Source: Polyangiaceae bacterium (GTDB taxonomy: Bacteria; Myxococcota_A; Polyangia; Polyangiales; Polyangiaceae). From it: a stretch of DNA of 64,000 bases. Shown one piece after another: positions 19,211-29,273 of the stretch. The position numbers and the translations under genes were made by a program. Under the pieces are notes generated by a model. That model saw only the letters and a list, made by a program, of their open reading frames with translations. It was not told the origin of the DNA and did not search any database. The stretch lies in NCBI GenBank assembly GCA_033763455.1, contig JANRKO010000028.1:32001-96000 (forward strand). Reading direction: 5' to 3'. Each line of letters begins with the position of its first letter. Positions within the stretch are counted from its first letter, which is position 1.

Positions 19211-20980
19211 TTACGGTGCGGCCCCCGTAGTGCTCACGGTGCGGAATTCCTCAGCCTTTACGAGGGCGAGCAACAAGCTCTGGAAGTTGTAGCCACCCTT
19301 TTGAAAAGCTGCGACGGCATTCTTTTGGGAGCAATTATCCACCGTTCCTGGCTCCCTACCGTAAGTGTAACCGTATAGGTGGTGCACCACGCAGGACGCG
19401 GTGTCCGAAGAGCCGGCTACGATTTCTCCAAGGCCTTTGGGTCCCTGAAAAGGTGCCGATCGATCACCATCGACCACCTTGCCATCTCCTGTGAGCGCTT
19501 CTCCCTTGATCCCCGTGGCTCGATAGCGCCCAATGAGATCGTATTGCTCAAGACCGAGGCCAATGGGATCTAGAAGTTGGTGGCAGGGCGAGCAAGCCGG
19601 GCTCGCGCTGTGTTGAGCAAGCCGTTCGCGCACACTGAGGTTTGGATCCGTCGGCGCGGGAGGGACATTGCCGGGCGGGGGTGGTGGGGGAGTGCACAAG
19701 AACTGCTCGCGTACGAATTTTCCGCGAAGGATGGGCGCGGTAGTTTCGCTGCCCACTACCGGTAGCGTTAGGAGCGCTGCCTGGCCGAACAGCCCGCTAC
19801 GCGCTTCTGGCGGGGAAAAATCCACCCGAGCCAGGCCGCCAGCTGGCGCCGAAATGCCATACAAGGAAGCCAGGTTGGCGTCGGCGTAGGTGTATGGGGC
19901 CGTGAGCATTCCGAACACGTTTTGGGGCTCTGGCGCCCACACAAAATCGTTCACGAAGGTTTCGGTTTCTGCGCGCATGCTGGCACGCAGCGGATCCGTG
20001 AATTCCGGATAGGTGGTGGCCGAACGCGGCACGGTGTCGACATCGTAGAGGTGCAGCCAGCCAGTGATGAATTCGCCAATACCGGTCCGTGCGCGAGGAT
20101 CTTGCAGCATGCCACGCGCGGTCGTTTCCAGGCCTTGTTGTGTTCCGAGTTGTCCCGCCTCAGCCGCTCCCATCAGGTTCGCATCGGGTGTTGTGCCCCA
20201 AAGCAGATAGGAAAGGCGCGTGGCTAGCTCGTAGCCATCAACGACGCGTGCACCAGCAGGAGCCGGCTTGGTGCCCGAAGGCGCGGCCAAAGGAACCTCA
20301 GGAGACTTCGATTCGACTCGGTAAATGAAGCGCGGGGACACCAATATCGCCTCAATAGCAAGCTTGGCTCCAGCATACGGATCTGGCTCCGCTTGTGCAG
20401 CGCGTGCCACTGTGAGCAGCTCTTGCACGCGGTTTGGAGCAAGCGGACGTCGAAAGGCGCGCTTGCCCAACGTTTCAATGAGGCGAGTGAGGCAGCTCTC
20501 GGATTGGGCAAGCTCGCAATCAATAAGCTTCTGCCGGCGCTCCGGCGTGCTCAAGGACAACTCAGCCAAATTTGCGGCAGAGACATCGTAGCGCTCAAGA
20601 TGCACGTTGGTGATTGGAAGCCCGGCTATGTCGTTGCCAAAACCTTCAATCACCAGGTTCACGGCGGAAAGATCCGCGGGCGTGAGCATCAAAAGGTCCG
20701 TAACGCTCCGCAGGTATTCGTTGTTCGTGAGGCGCCGCATATACTCGGGACCTGCCGTCACCGGCACGGCGCAGGCGGCCACGGGATCATCGATATCTGG
20801 CACCAATACGCCGGGAGGTGCCGGCGGCCGCGGGGGCGGGGTGGTGGTGGTTGATGTGGCAGTTGGCGTAGCCGGGCCATCACTGTCAGTCTTTGCGCTG
20901 CACGCGCCGAGGCCCAGGCTGGCAACACTCATGCAAAGCGTGAAAGCCGTCTTCATGGTCGTTTGCTGTCGTTTGTGCAT
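19211..20980 (-). CDS. DUF1592-family (DUF1587/1595/1592/1588/1585) lipoprotein with CxxCH
   Basis: LGAC lipobox, RRLTNNEY, RAFRRPL, YELATRLSYLLW, PILRGKFV, CSPCH, DPIGLGLEQYD. Confidence 0.92.
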   Translation of the reverse strand: MHKRQQTTMKTAFTLCMSVASLGLGACSAKTDSDGPATPTATSTTTTPPPRPPAPPGVLVPDIDDPVAACAVPVTAGPEYMRRLTNNEYLRSVTDLLMLTPADLSAVNLVIEGFGNDIAGLPITNVHLERYDVSAANLAELSLSTPERRQKLIDCELAQSESCLTRLIETLGKRAFRRPLAPNRVQELLTVARAAQAEPDPYAGAKLAIEAILVSPRFIYRVESKSPEVPLAAPSGTKPAPAGARVVDGYELATRLSYLLWGTTPDANLMGAAEAGQLGTQQGLETTARGMLQDPRARTGIGEFITGWLHLYDVDTVPRSATTYPEFTDPLRASMRAETETFVNDFVWAPEPQNVFGMLTAPYTYADANLASLYGISAPAGGLARVDFSPPEARSGLFGQAALLTLPVVGSETTAPILRGKFVREQFLCTPPPPPPGNVPPAPTDPNLSVRERLAQHSASPACSPCHQLLDPIGLGLEQYDLIGRYRATGIKGEALTGDGKVVDGDRSAPFQGPKGLGEIVAGSSDTASCVVHHLYGYTYGREPGTVDNCSQKNAVAAFQKGGYNFQSLLLALVKAEEFRTVSTTGAAP

Positions 20981-21059
20981 TGGGTCCGCCTGGTGCCGAA
21001 CGTTCTAGGTTCCCGCCTTCTCGATACGTGAAGTTGCGGTGGTGGGTGTGCTGCTTTCA

Positions 21060-21075
21060 GGCTAAAACGGTGCCG
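21060..21075 (-). promoter_or_regulatory. sigma54-like promoter for the DUF1592 gene
   Basis: CGGCACCGTTTTAGCC, GG-N10-GC. Confidence 0.5.
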
Positions 21076-21276
21076 ATTCAACCGGCCCAAGCATGCCACG
21101 GCCGTTCTCGTTCAGCAAATCTGATGTAGCTGCGTTTTGTAGCCGAAAAACAGGCACAATCTGCAGGCATTGCCGCTGCACACCTGGACGTTAAAGATCC
21201 AACCTTGGCGGAGTGAACAAAGGTGGGGCCGACCTCCTTTGGCCGCAACTTGCTCCTTTCTAGGACAAGGCCAGAC

Positions 21277-23484
21277 CTAGGGAAGCGTCACGCCAACGGG
21301 CAACTTAAAAGGGCGATTTCGGCCATTCTGGGCGGCGAGCAGATCCCGCGCGATCGCAACTTCGACAAGCTCTATGGCGACGCTCTCAGCGACCCTGCGC
21401 AGACCCGCAGTAGTGTCGTCAATCGGTGCCGTCCCGCGTTGAGCCAGCGTGCCGTAAAAGAGCGCTTCGGTCTGTTCGATGGGGCCTTTGGCGACCTTGG
21501 CGAGTCCTGCAAGGCTGAGCTTGCCCCGGGCCCATGCTCGGAGCTGCCCCGGCCAAGTGTTGCTTTCGCTCATGGAAGCCAAGGCTTCTTCTACGGTGCC
21601 GTCGCTCGGCGCTCCAACATCGCGTTCCAAGAACCGCAACCAAAGGGCGACGTAGATCAGATCTTCATCCGCGATTTTTGCGTCCAAGGCGCGGCGCGCG
21701 GCTTCACGTGCCGCGGTGAGGTCACGATCGGTGAATGCCCGGCGTGCTGATTCGAGCAGCGTGAGCGTTACGTTCGCGAGGCTCGACTGTGAAACTTCCC
21801 ACGCGCGCTCACTGGCGCTGTGCGCTCGAGCGCGCTCGCCGTAGTAGCTCAGGATCCGCGCGAGCAACAATTCCGAGCGCACTTTCGCCGTATCCGAACC
21901 GGTGATGCGAACGGCTTGCAGGGCGCTCGTGAGCGCAGCCCGAAGGGCGGCTTCGGCTTCGGCGGCGTCGCCAATTTCTCGGATAATCTCAAAACTCTTG
22001 AGCCGTATGTCGGCCTGGCTCAGAACGCTTCCGTTCTTCTCCGCGAGCGCTAGCGCTTGCTCCAGAGCCTGAAGCGATGTTCTCGGTGCACCTCTCTGTC
22101 GATCGATATCAGCGAGCGCTGTGAGTGATTCAACGCTCGGCTCAAGGCGCGTGGCCGTCTGGAATTGCGCGCGAGCATCCAGAAGCTCGCCGGCGCGCTT
22201 CTCCAGGGCTCCGAGCACGTAGTATAGATTGGTGGCCGAGGGGCGCACGCGTGAGCCAAGTGGTTCCGCTTGGTCCAAAAGAGGCTTGGCCAGCGTGAAG
22301 ATACGCCGAGCCGCCGCCGTCGTGTCAGCATCACCGGCTATCGCCAGTGCTCGCCACACCAGCGATAGCGCACCCGAAACATCTTGTGGCGAAGCGTTCG
22401 CACTCAACGTGTCGCTCACAACAATGGGCACCACCTCTTCCAGCCCATGGTCCAGAAGTTCGTCGCACAGTGGGCCTGCAGCAACGAAAGAGCCCGGTTG
22501 GCTTCGGTGTAGCTCAACAGCCGTGCCCCAAGCCGCGCCTGCGGCTAGCGCGGGCTCAAGCTCGCGCTCAGACCGTTCCTCTTGGGAGCTGAAAGCTTGA
22601 TATAAATGTCCCCAAGCGTCAGGACTTTCCTCAATCGCAGCTGCCTCTAAGAGATCTTGAAAAGGGGGAGGGATTAAGGGCCCGAGATCGTGTTGCTGGA
22701 TATAGGCCAGGGCGCCCTTGGCATCCCCATCGCGCAGAAAGAGCGCTGCCACTGCTACGCCACCCGTCTGCCGGGCTCGGTAGGATTCGAAGGCTTCCTC
22801 TCGATCCGTGTCGCTGTCGCTCTGGCGCGTACGATCGTTCTTCAGGCCTTCGAGGATCCAGAGGCGAGTGGCCAGCGTTGCTGCGTCAAAGTTCTCTTGC
22901 GTCGGGTAGAGAAGTGCGAGTTGCGCGGAGGTGCGGTGCTCCGCGTTCAACCAGAGCACGCGTCCTTGCGTCTTGTCCGCGGCGGCCCATTCGCCGAGTG
23001 CGCGGAGGTGTTCGCGAACGTCCACTTTGGATGGTGAATTTGGCGGAAGGGCGCCGTCGAGCAGCTTGTAGAACGCTAAGGCCTGGCCTGTCTTTCCGCG
23101 CCGCGCTGCCGCATCAGCCGCCTCTTTTAGCGCAACAGCTCGACCCTCCGTCATGCTGCGTTGGAACTCATCTCGATGGAGCAGGTGAAGCGCGCCGTCG
23201 ATTGCGGATACGCCGGCATTCACTCTTCCTGCTAGAAATTCAGCCTCACTTTTCGCGATCTGAAACTTTACGACCGCTTCCAGCAGGCCTTTGCGTTGCG
23301 CTTCGCTGTGACCCCCCAACAAGAGCTCGTACGCAAGCTTTGGAAACGTGGTGTCGGTAACCTCGGGGACAACAACGTTTTCGGCTGTGCCGATAGTGCT
23401 TGCGGGCCTTGCGGGAAGCGCACCCCCGCCACAGCCGACGAGCCCCAAAGTAACAGCTAACGCAAGAAGGGGCGTTGTTCGCAT
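21277..23484 (-). CDS. TPR-like alpha-helical lipoprotein
   Basis: MRTTPLLALAVTLGLVGC lipobox; Ala/Leu-rich helical repeats. Confidence 0.75.
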   Translation of the reverse strand: MRTTPLLALAVTLGLVGCGGGALPARPASTIGTAENVVVPEVTDTTFPKLAYELLLGGHSEAQRKGLLEAVVKFQIAKSEAEFLAGRVNAGVSAIDGALHLLHRDEFQRSMTEGRAVALKEAADAAARRGKTGQALAFYKLLDGALPPNSPSKVDVREHLRALGEWAAADKTQGRVLWLNAEHRTSAQLALLYPTQENFDAATLATRLWILEGLKNDRTRQSDSDTDREEAFESYRARQTGGVAVAALFLRDGDAKGALAYIQQHDLGPLIPPPFQDLLEAAAIEESPDAWGHLYQAFSSQEERSERELEPALAAGAAWGTAVELHRSQPGSFVAAGPLCDELLDHGLEEVVPIVVSDTLSANASPQDVSGALSLVWRALAIAGDADTTAAARRIFTLAKPLLDQAEPLGSRVRPSATNLYYVLGALEKRAGELLDARAQFQTATRLEPSVESLTALADIDRQRGAPRTSLQALEQALALAEKNGSVLSQADIRLKSFEIIREIGDAAEAEAALRAALTSALQAVRITGSDTAKVRSELLLARILSYYGERARAHSASERAWEVSQSSLANVTLTLLESARRAFTDRDLTAAREAARRALDAKIADEDLIYVALWLRFLERDVGAPSDGTVEEALASMSESNTWPGQLRAWARGKLSLAGLAKVAKGPIEQTEALFYGTLAQRGTAPIDDTTAGLRRVAESVAIELVEVAIARDLLAAQNGRNRPFKLPVGVTLP

Positions 23485-23588
23485 GGAACCCCAGCATACA
23501 CGCCCAAAGGGGCGCCGCACGAGCTTCCACGGCTCAGTTTCGATGGTTGACGAAATACAAGCCAGCGACGGGAGACGCCAGCTGCTGC

Positions 23589-24722
23589 CTAGAAGGCGGC
23601 AGCGGCGGCGATGTGAAGAGTGCCGATCCCTGAGTCGCCCAGCCTGCCGCCAACTGGGAGCAGGTAGCCGAGCGTGGGCGTAACCGGGCCAAGTGTCGTT
23701 CCTACTCGTGGCTCGACCCCGAGCTGCACGGGGCTCGGGCCCTGCGCATCAATGTTCGATGAGAACTCTACCGGCTCGCTAATCAGGAGAGCCATCCACG
23801 CGTCGAGGCCGGCGAAGAACAGCCCCTTTTCGACGATCTCATAGGTTGCTCCAAGCTCGGTGACACTCCGAAAAGCGACACTGCGCTTTTCGAACTTGCC
23901 TTCCGTGTCGCGGTTCGGGATCTCAACCTTGCCATGGTTGAAAGCGACAGAGATCTTGGTGGAGCCATGCGCTTCGAGCTTCCCTCGGTACATAGCGATG
24001 CGGAGGCCTGGCACGACTGGAACGGTTTTCGGCAGGAAGTACTCTCCGTAGCGATAGCCCCACGAACCGTCTGCAAAACGAGCCGCCTGGCCTTGTTCTG
24101 CTTTCTTCGTGTCCGAATTGGTTGGGTCCAGGTCACCGCCGCCGAGCGGTAGGCCAATACCGATAAACGCCGTTAAGTCGGTGAGGCGGGCCACACGTGT
24201 GCGATATTGCCCGAGGAGCTGGGGTGCACCCAGCACGTTCTGTGATGCCCCTGGGTTCTCCGGGCTGTGAACACCCGAGGTTGCCCACGGGATGACCAAG
24301 CCAAGGCTCAGCTTTGGCCCAACGTCGTAGGTGCCGCCCACCGCGACTGCCACACCGCTGGCGCTGTTGGTGGTCGTGCCGGCGGGGCCCGGGATGGGTA
24401 CCCTGCCAACCCCCACCAACACATCCGCGCCCAAGTTAACGGGCTTTCTCGGGCTAAAGCGTGTGGAGCTCAAGGGGCCTTCACCTTTTGCGGCCTGCTG
24501 CTCCTCTTTGGCTTTCTTGCTCTTCGGAGCGAACGGCCCAGGATCGCTTTTCTCTTTGTAAGCGATGTCGTTCTCGTCGTAGGCCGAGCTTGGACGGTCG
24601 GATTCCGCTTCCTTCTTGGGCGCCTCCTCGGAGTCGTCCTCGACGTCGAGGCCTTCGATTTGGGCGAACGAGTGGCTGGAAAAAAGCAAGATACTGCTGA
24701 TGAGCCCGAGGCTGTGTCGCAT
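23589..24722 (-). CDS. Putative outer-membrane beta-barrel protein
   Basis: Signal peptide, acidic linker, amphipathic strands, terminal Phe. Confidence 0.6.
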   Translation of the reverse strand: MRHSLGLISSILLFSSHSFAQIEGLDVEDDSEEAPKKEAESDRPSSAYDENDIAYKEKSDPGPFAPKSKKAKEEQQAAKGEGPLSSTRFSPRKPVNLGADVLVGVGRVPIPGPAGTTTNSASGVAVAVGGTYDVGPKLSLGLVIPWATSGVHSPENPGASQNVLGAPQLLGQYRTRVARLTDLTAFIGIGLPLGGGDLDPTNSDTKKAEQGQAARFADGSWGYRYGEYFLPKTVPVVPGLRIAMYRGKLEAHGSTKISVAFNHGKVEIPNRDTEGKFEKRSVAFRSVTELGATYEIVEKGLFFAGLDAWMALLISEPVEFSSNIDAQGPSPVQLGVEPRVGTTLGPVTPTLGYLLPVGGRLGDSGIGTLHIAAAAAF

Positions 24723-24860
24723 CCGTAAACTCCCTGATCCGTTCTGTGGCAGCGTGGTTGGCCTGCGGCGCGGACCCTACCATGCTCATTTCCCGTTGGG
24801 AGCCTGAATTGAGCATGGCCCTAGGCGGGCAGCGCAGGTAGTCTGCTTGAGGCAATCCGA

Positions 24861-27800
24861 ATGAGCGACGCCCAGGACCGACCCGTCCCCAAGCGCTTGG
24901 CCGACTTCGAAATCGTGCGCCGCCTCGGCGTGGGCGGTATGGCGGAGGTCTTTCTCGCGAGAAAGCGTGGCGCAGAGGGCACGTTCAAGCAGCTGGTGGT
25001 AAAGCGTATTTTGCCGAAATTCGGTGCTTCTCGCAGATTTCGCACCATGTTCGCCGAGGAAGCGCAGCTCGCGACGCGGCTCAATCACCCCAATATCGTC
25101 CAAGTCTACGACTTTCAGGACTATGGCGAAGACGGGCAGCTGCTCAGCATGGAGCACGTGGATGGGCCCGATCTTCGCCGGTTGATCCATGCCGCACGTG
25201 CCAAAGATCGTCGGTTATCTCCTTACGTAGCCGCTTACATTATCGGCGAGGTCGCCAAAGGCCTTCACTACGCACACGCCCGCCGCGATGACGCTGGCAC
25301 GCCCCTCGGAATCGTTCACCGTGACGTGTCCCCGCAGAACGTACTGCTGAGTTACGACGGCGCGGTAAAAATCGCTGATTTTGGAATCGCCTCAGCCAAC
25401 ATGTTCCGAGACGAAGAAGGCGTGCTCAAAGGCAAGACGGCGTACATGTCACCGGAGCAGGCTCGCGGGGAGAAGGCCGATCTACGAACGGACGTTTATT
25501 CCTTGGGTGTTGTTTTCCACGAGCTACTCACCGCACGGCCCATGCGGGGAGCGCTCGATGGCCAGGAACTCTTTGAGGCGGTGCGCGCGGGCGCCGTGGA
25601 GCCGCCAAGCACGTTTGTCACGCTGATACCACCGGAAATTGAGGCTTTGGTGATGAAGGCGTTGAAGCGTGACGCCGATGAGCGGTTTCAGTCCGCGCGC
25701 GATTTTGCCTTCGCGATCTCTCGGGTGTTGTTCGAAAGTCAGAAGCTCGTCGACGCGCAAGTTCTGGAAGCTTCTATTTCTGACCTCGTCGGGCGGGACC
25801 CACCAGCCGCCTTAGGCGGAAACACAGGCGCGCTGGATGGAGCGGAACCTGCAGACGTTGAAGACGATCCGGATGCCGTTTGGGAGGACGAGCGGACGGG
25901 GCCCGGCCAGCCTCTCCCAAGTGAGCGGCTAAGGGAACGGGTGGGGCGGGAAGTGCGGCACGTTGCAGTGGTGACCCTGCGCTTGCATGGGCGCGAAGAG
26001 CTCAAGCGGGAACTGGGAGCGCACGAGGCCGAGCGTTTTTGGATTCAGCTGCGAGCAACGCTTGAAGAAATTGCCTTTAAGCGCGGTGCGCGCTGGTCTT
26101 GGGAGGAGCATGAGCATGCTGTGAACCCCTCCGACACTATGGGCAAGGCACGCGCTATCGTTGGATTAACGGCCAATCCAGCGCGCGCTGCAAGCGACGC
26201 GGCTTGGCTCTCTGTAGACGTGCATGAAGCTATTAGTGGCTCAAGCTCACACCTGGACACTCTTGTTCAAGCTAGCGTCGGTATTGTGCGGGCCATTGCC
26301 ACGGGTCGTCGAGATCAGGCGGGGCACTTGGTGGAGCATGAGTTGCGGGAACCCGGCAATGATCTCGCCGATTTGCTGGGCGATCGAGCGCCCGCCGGAG
26401 CTACCTGGGTGGCAGGTGGCTTGTACCGGCTGTTGCGGCGGGATTTTCGCTGGGGTGATACGCCGAGCATCGAGATAGAGCCCACAGAAGAGCAGCCCTT
26501 GCCGCGCCAGATGCGCACGTACTCGTTGGTTCGCCCGCTTACCCGGGACGAGCGCCTGGAAGCTGCAGCGCGAGTGCCGAATGAGATTGTGGGGCGCGAT
26601 GCGGAGCTGGCAGATCTACACGGGGCCTACACTTCGGTAGTGGGCGTGGGGAAGCCATCACGGGTCGACGCACGCGTGATCTTTGGGGAACTCGGGATCG
26701 GCAAGACAGTGCTTGTGAATCTCTTCTTGAACGAGCTGCCGCCGGACGCTCGCGTGGTTCGGGCTGAGTGTTCGCCAGTTCAGAGCGAGCTGCCCTACGC
26801 GAATATCGCCGAGTGGGCCCGGCAGTTGACCGGTATCCAAACGGGCGATCCACTTGAAGCCGCTTGCGAGCGAATTGAGGCGCTTTTTGGCAGCGAAGTA
26901 GGCCCCGCACAGGCACACACTCTCGCGCTCCGTATGGCGGAATTGGCGGCGGGCCACGCCGTCTCCGGCCTCGACGAAGGGGACAGCGCGCTCTTGCGGA
27001 GCCAGGTGACCGAAGGCTTAGGGCAACTGTTTCAACAAGCGGCCGATGACGCGCCGTTAGTAGTTGTGCTGGATGGTGTCCAATGGAGCGATCGGCCAAG
27101 CCTTGAGATCATCTGCGAGCTTGTAAAAAAGCACGAGGCCTGGCCGATCTTGGTGCTCTTTGTCACTCGCCCCGATGAACGAGTGGCAACGCTGCTTGAA
27201 GGCTTTGTTCGCGCAGAACTTGTGGGCCTGCAATCGGAACACCAGCTCGCTTTGATGGAGGCGCACTTGGGCGTTCAGCGTGGGGTTCGTGCGGCCTGCG
27301 CCGATCTTCTACCGCGCGCTTCGGGGAACCCGTTTTTTCTCCTTGAAATGGTGGACGCACTGCTGGAGCGCGGTGCGCTCGAAATTGTTGATAGTGAAGG
27401 GGGGCAGGAGCTGCGGCGCATTGAGCGGCCAGGAGAAAGCGTGGCGCCGCTCCCCTCTACGCTGGAGCAGTTGATTGCAGATCGCTTGAATGAATTGCCG
27501 GAGGCCGAACAGGCCGTGATGAGCTGGCTCTCGGTCGCCGGCGGCCCGCTGGCTTTAGAAGCGTTGCAGAGCTTGCAAAGCTTGGATCTTGCCGAGGCGG
27601 TTGAGCGGCTGAATGCTCGTGGGCTCACCCACTTGCGTGGCGGCGAGGTAGACGTTCGCCACCCGCTCACGCGCGATGTGGCTTACCTCGCCCTCAGCCA
27701 GAACCAGAAGCGGCGTATGCATCGTCGGCTGGCTGTAGCGTTATCCCACACCCCACTCGGGAAGGGGCTTTCCGCCGCAATTGTGGCTAGCCACTTTGCC

Positions 27801-29273
27801 AGAGGCGGGGCCTACCAGCGCGCCGCAGACTACTACCTGGAAGCAGGCGCCGCCGCCCGCTCTAGTTATCAAACGGAGCTGGCCCTTAGGTATTATCGAC
27901 GCGTTGTGGGCATGATCAAAGAGAACAGCCTGCGGGGGCTGGAAGCTCATGAGGCGCTTGAAGCCATTTACCGCAACCAGGGCCGCTGGCGGCAGCGCCG
28001 GGAGCACCTCGATAGGTTGCGAGCGCTGGCAAAAATTAGCAAAAATCCCTATTGGGCGGCAACCGCATTTCTGCGCACAGCGCGCTACCACATCGACGCC
28101 GGCCGATTTCAGCGTTCGCTGCTTTCGGCGGAGCGTGCCGAAAAAATGGCGGTGCTTGCGGGTTCGCCTATCTTGCAAGTGCAGGCGTACGTGCTGCTAG
28201 CGGAAACATGGCGTGACCTTGGCGATGTGCAGGCCGCCCTTTTGGCGATGGATCGAGCTTTATCTACTGCGGCCGATCCCAATGTGCCTGCGCGCATTCG
28301 CGCCGAAGTTTTGCGCTCTCGTGGCACGCTTCTGCGGCGGGTGGGTCGAGTTCACGAAGCCGTGCAGGGGTACGTGGAAGCGATAGCCGTCTTTAAAGGG
28401 GTTGGTGCGCGAAGGATGGAAGCGCGAGCTAAGAATTCACTCGCGTACGCCATGTTTGTGTTGGGGCGCTACGAAGACGCCATCGCTCTGGCGTTGAATG
28501 CAATTCAAATCGACTTGGCTATTGGAGGCAGATTTCAGATCGCAAAAACACTCTGCACGATCGGACGTTCGTACGCTGCCCTTGGCGATTCAGCGCGTGG
28601 CCTCGCGTACCTGAAGCGCGCCCGTCAGGCTCATGAGCGCTACGCTGACCAAGATGCCCGCGCCGACACTCTTTTGTCTACGGCATCGGTGATGCTTGAG
28701 ATTGGCCAGGGAGAAGCCGCCGAGCCGTTGATTGGGGACGCCGGAGCTTTGGTCACTGTTACCCAGAATCCGTACGATACCGTGCACGAAAAAATTGTTC
28801 GTGCATTGGCGGCCCGTGCGACCGGGCGGTTTGATCAGGCCGTGCTGTTCGCGTTTGAAGCGCGCCACTCGGCCGAGGCGCAGGCCTACGTATCGTTTCT
28901 GTTTTATGCGATGGCGATTGAGGCGGTAAGCCGCGTAGACCTCGGGGAAAACCACAACGGAATACTTCTAGCCACCATGGCCATGGGAGCCCTGGAAACG
29001 CTTCAGGGTAGCGAATACGGCATTCAAACCCGCGCCCTTTGTTGTGAAGCGTTGGAGCGCGGAGGTTCCCCACAGGTTGCGGAATTGCGCCGAAGATCTA
29101 CGCTATACTTGAGAAACGTCTTGGGAGCTGTGCGTCACGCGGATAGTCGAGGAAGGTTTTTGCGGCGGCCCGCTGTGTACCAGTTGCTTTCCGATTTAGA
29201 CGCACCCCGGCTTCGTGCATGGGCCAAGGCTGAGGCTTCAGAGCCGGCGCCGAGTGCTCAAGGTGAAGGATGA
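24861..29273 (+). CDS. Ser/Thr kinase - degenerate cyclase-like - STAND ATPase (AAA_16) - TPR protein
   Basis: GVGGMAEV, HRDVSPQN, DFG; IVGRDAEL, GELGIGKT Walker A, VVVLDGVQWSD, GNPFFL; C-terminal TPRs. Confidence 0.92.
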   Translation: MSDAQDRPVPKRLADFEIVRRLGVGGMAEVFLARKRGAEGTFKQLVVKRILPKFGASRRFRTMFAEEAQLATRLNHPNIVQVYDFQDYGEDGQLLSMEHVDGPDLRRLIHAARAKDRRLSPYVAAYIIGEVAKGLHYAHARRDDAGTPLGIVHRDVSPQNVLLSYDGAVKIADFGIASANMFRDEEGVLKGKTAYMSPEQARGEKADLRTDVYSLGVVFHELLTARPMRGALDGQELFEAVRAGAVEPPSTFVTLIPPEIEALVMKALKRDADERFQSARDFAFAISRVLFESQKLVDAQVLEASISDLVGRDPPAALGGNTGALDGAEPADVEDDPDAVWEDERTGPGQPLPSERLRERVGREVRHVAVVTLRLHGREELKRELGAHEAERFWIQLRATLEEIAFKRGARWSWEEHEHAVNPSDTMGKARAIVGLTANPARAASDAAWLSVDVHEAISGSSSHLDTLVQASVGIVRAIATGRRDQAGHLVEHELREPGNDLADLLGDRAPAGATWVAGGLYRLLRRDFRWGDTPSIEIEPTEEQPLPRQMRTYSLVRPLTRDERLEAAARVPNEIVGRDAELADLHGAYTSVVGVGKPSRVDARVIFGELGIGKTVLVNLFLNELPPDARVVRAECSPVQSELPYANIAEWARQLTGIQTGDPLEAACERIEALFGSEVGPAQAHTLALRMAELAAGHAVSGLDEGDSALLRSQVTEGLGQLFQQAADDAPLVVVLDGVQWSDRPSLEIICELVKKHEAWPILVLFVTRPDERVATLLEGFVRAELVGLQSEHQLALMEAHLGVQRGVRAACADLLPRASGNPFFLLEMVDALLERGALEIVDSEGGQELRRIERPGESVAPLPSTLEQLIADRLNELPEAEQAVMSWLSVAGGPLALEALQSLQSLDLAEAVERLNARGLTHLRGGEVDVRHPLTRDVAYLALSQNQKRRMHRRLAVALSHTPLGKGLSAAIVASHFARGGAYQRAADYYLEAGAAARSSYQTELALRYYRRVVGMIKENSLRGLEAHEALEAIYRNQGRWRQRREHLDRLRALAKISKNPYWAATAFLRTARYHIDAGRFQRSLLSAERAEKMAVLAGSPILQVQAYVLLAETWRDLGDVQAALLAMDRALSTAADPNVPARIRAEVLRSRGTLLRRVGRVHEAVQGYVEAIAVFKGVGARRMEARAKNSLAYAMFVLGRYEDAIALALNAIQIDLAIGGRFQIAKTLCTIGRSYAALGDSARGLAYLKRARQAHERYADQDARADTLLSTASVMLEIGQGEAAEPLIGDAGALVTVTQNPYDTVHEKIVRALAARATGRFDQAVLFAFEARHSAEAQAYVSFLFYAMAIEAVSRVDLGENHNGILLATMAMGALETLQGSEYGIQTRALCCEALERGGSPQVAELRRRSTLYLRNVLGAVRHADSRGRFLRRPAVYQLLSDLDAPRLRAWAKAEASEPAPSAQGEG

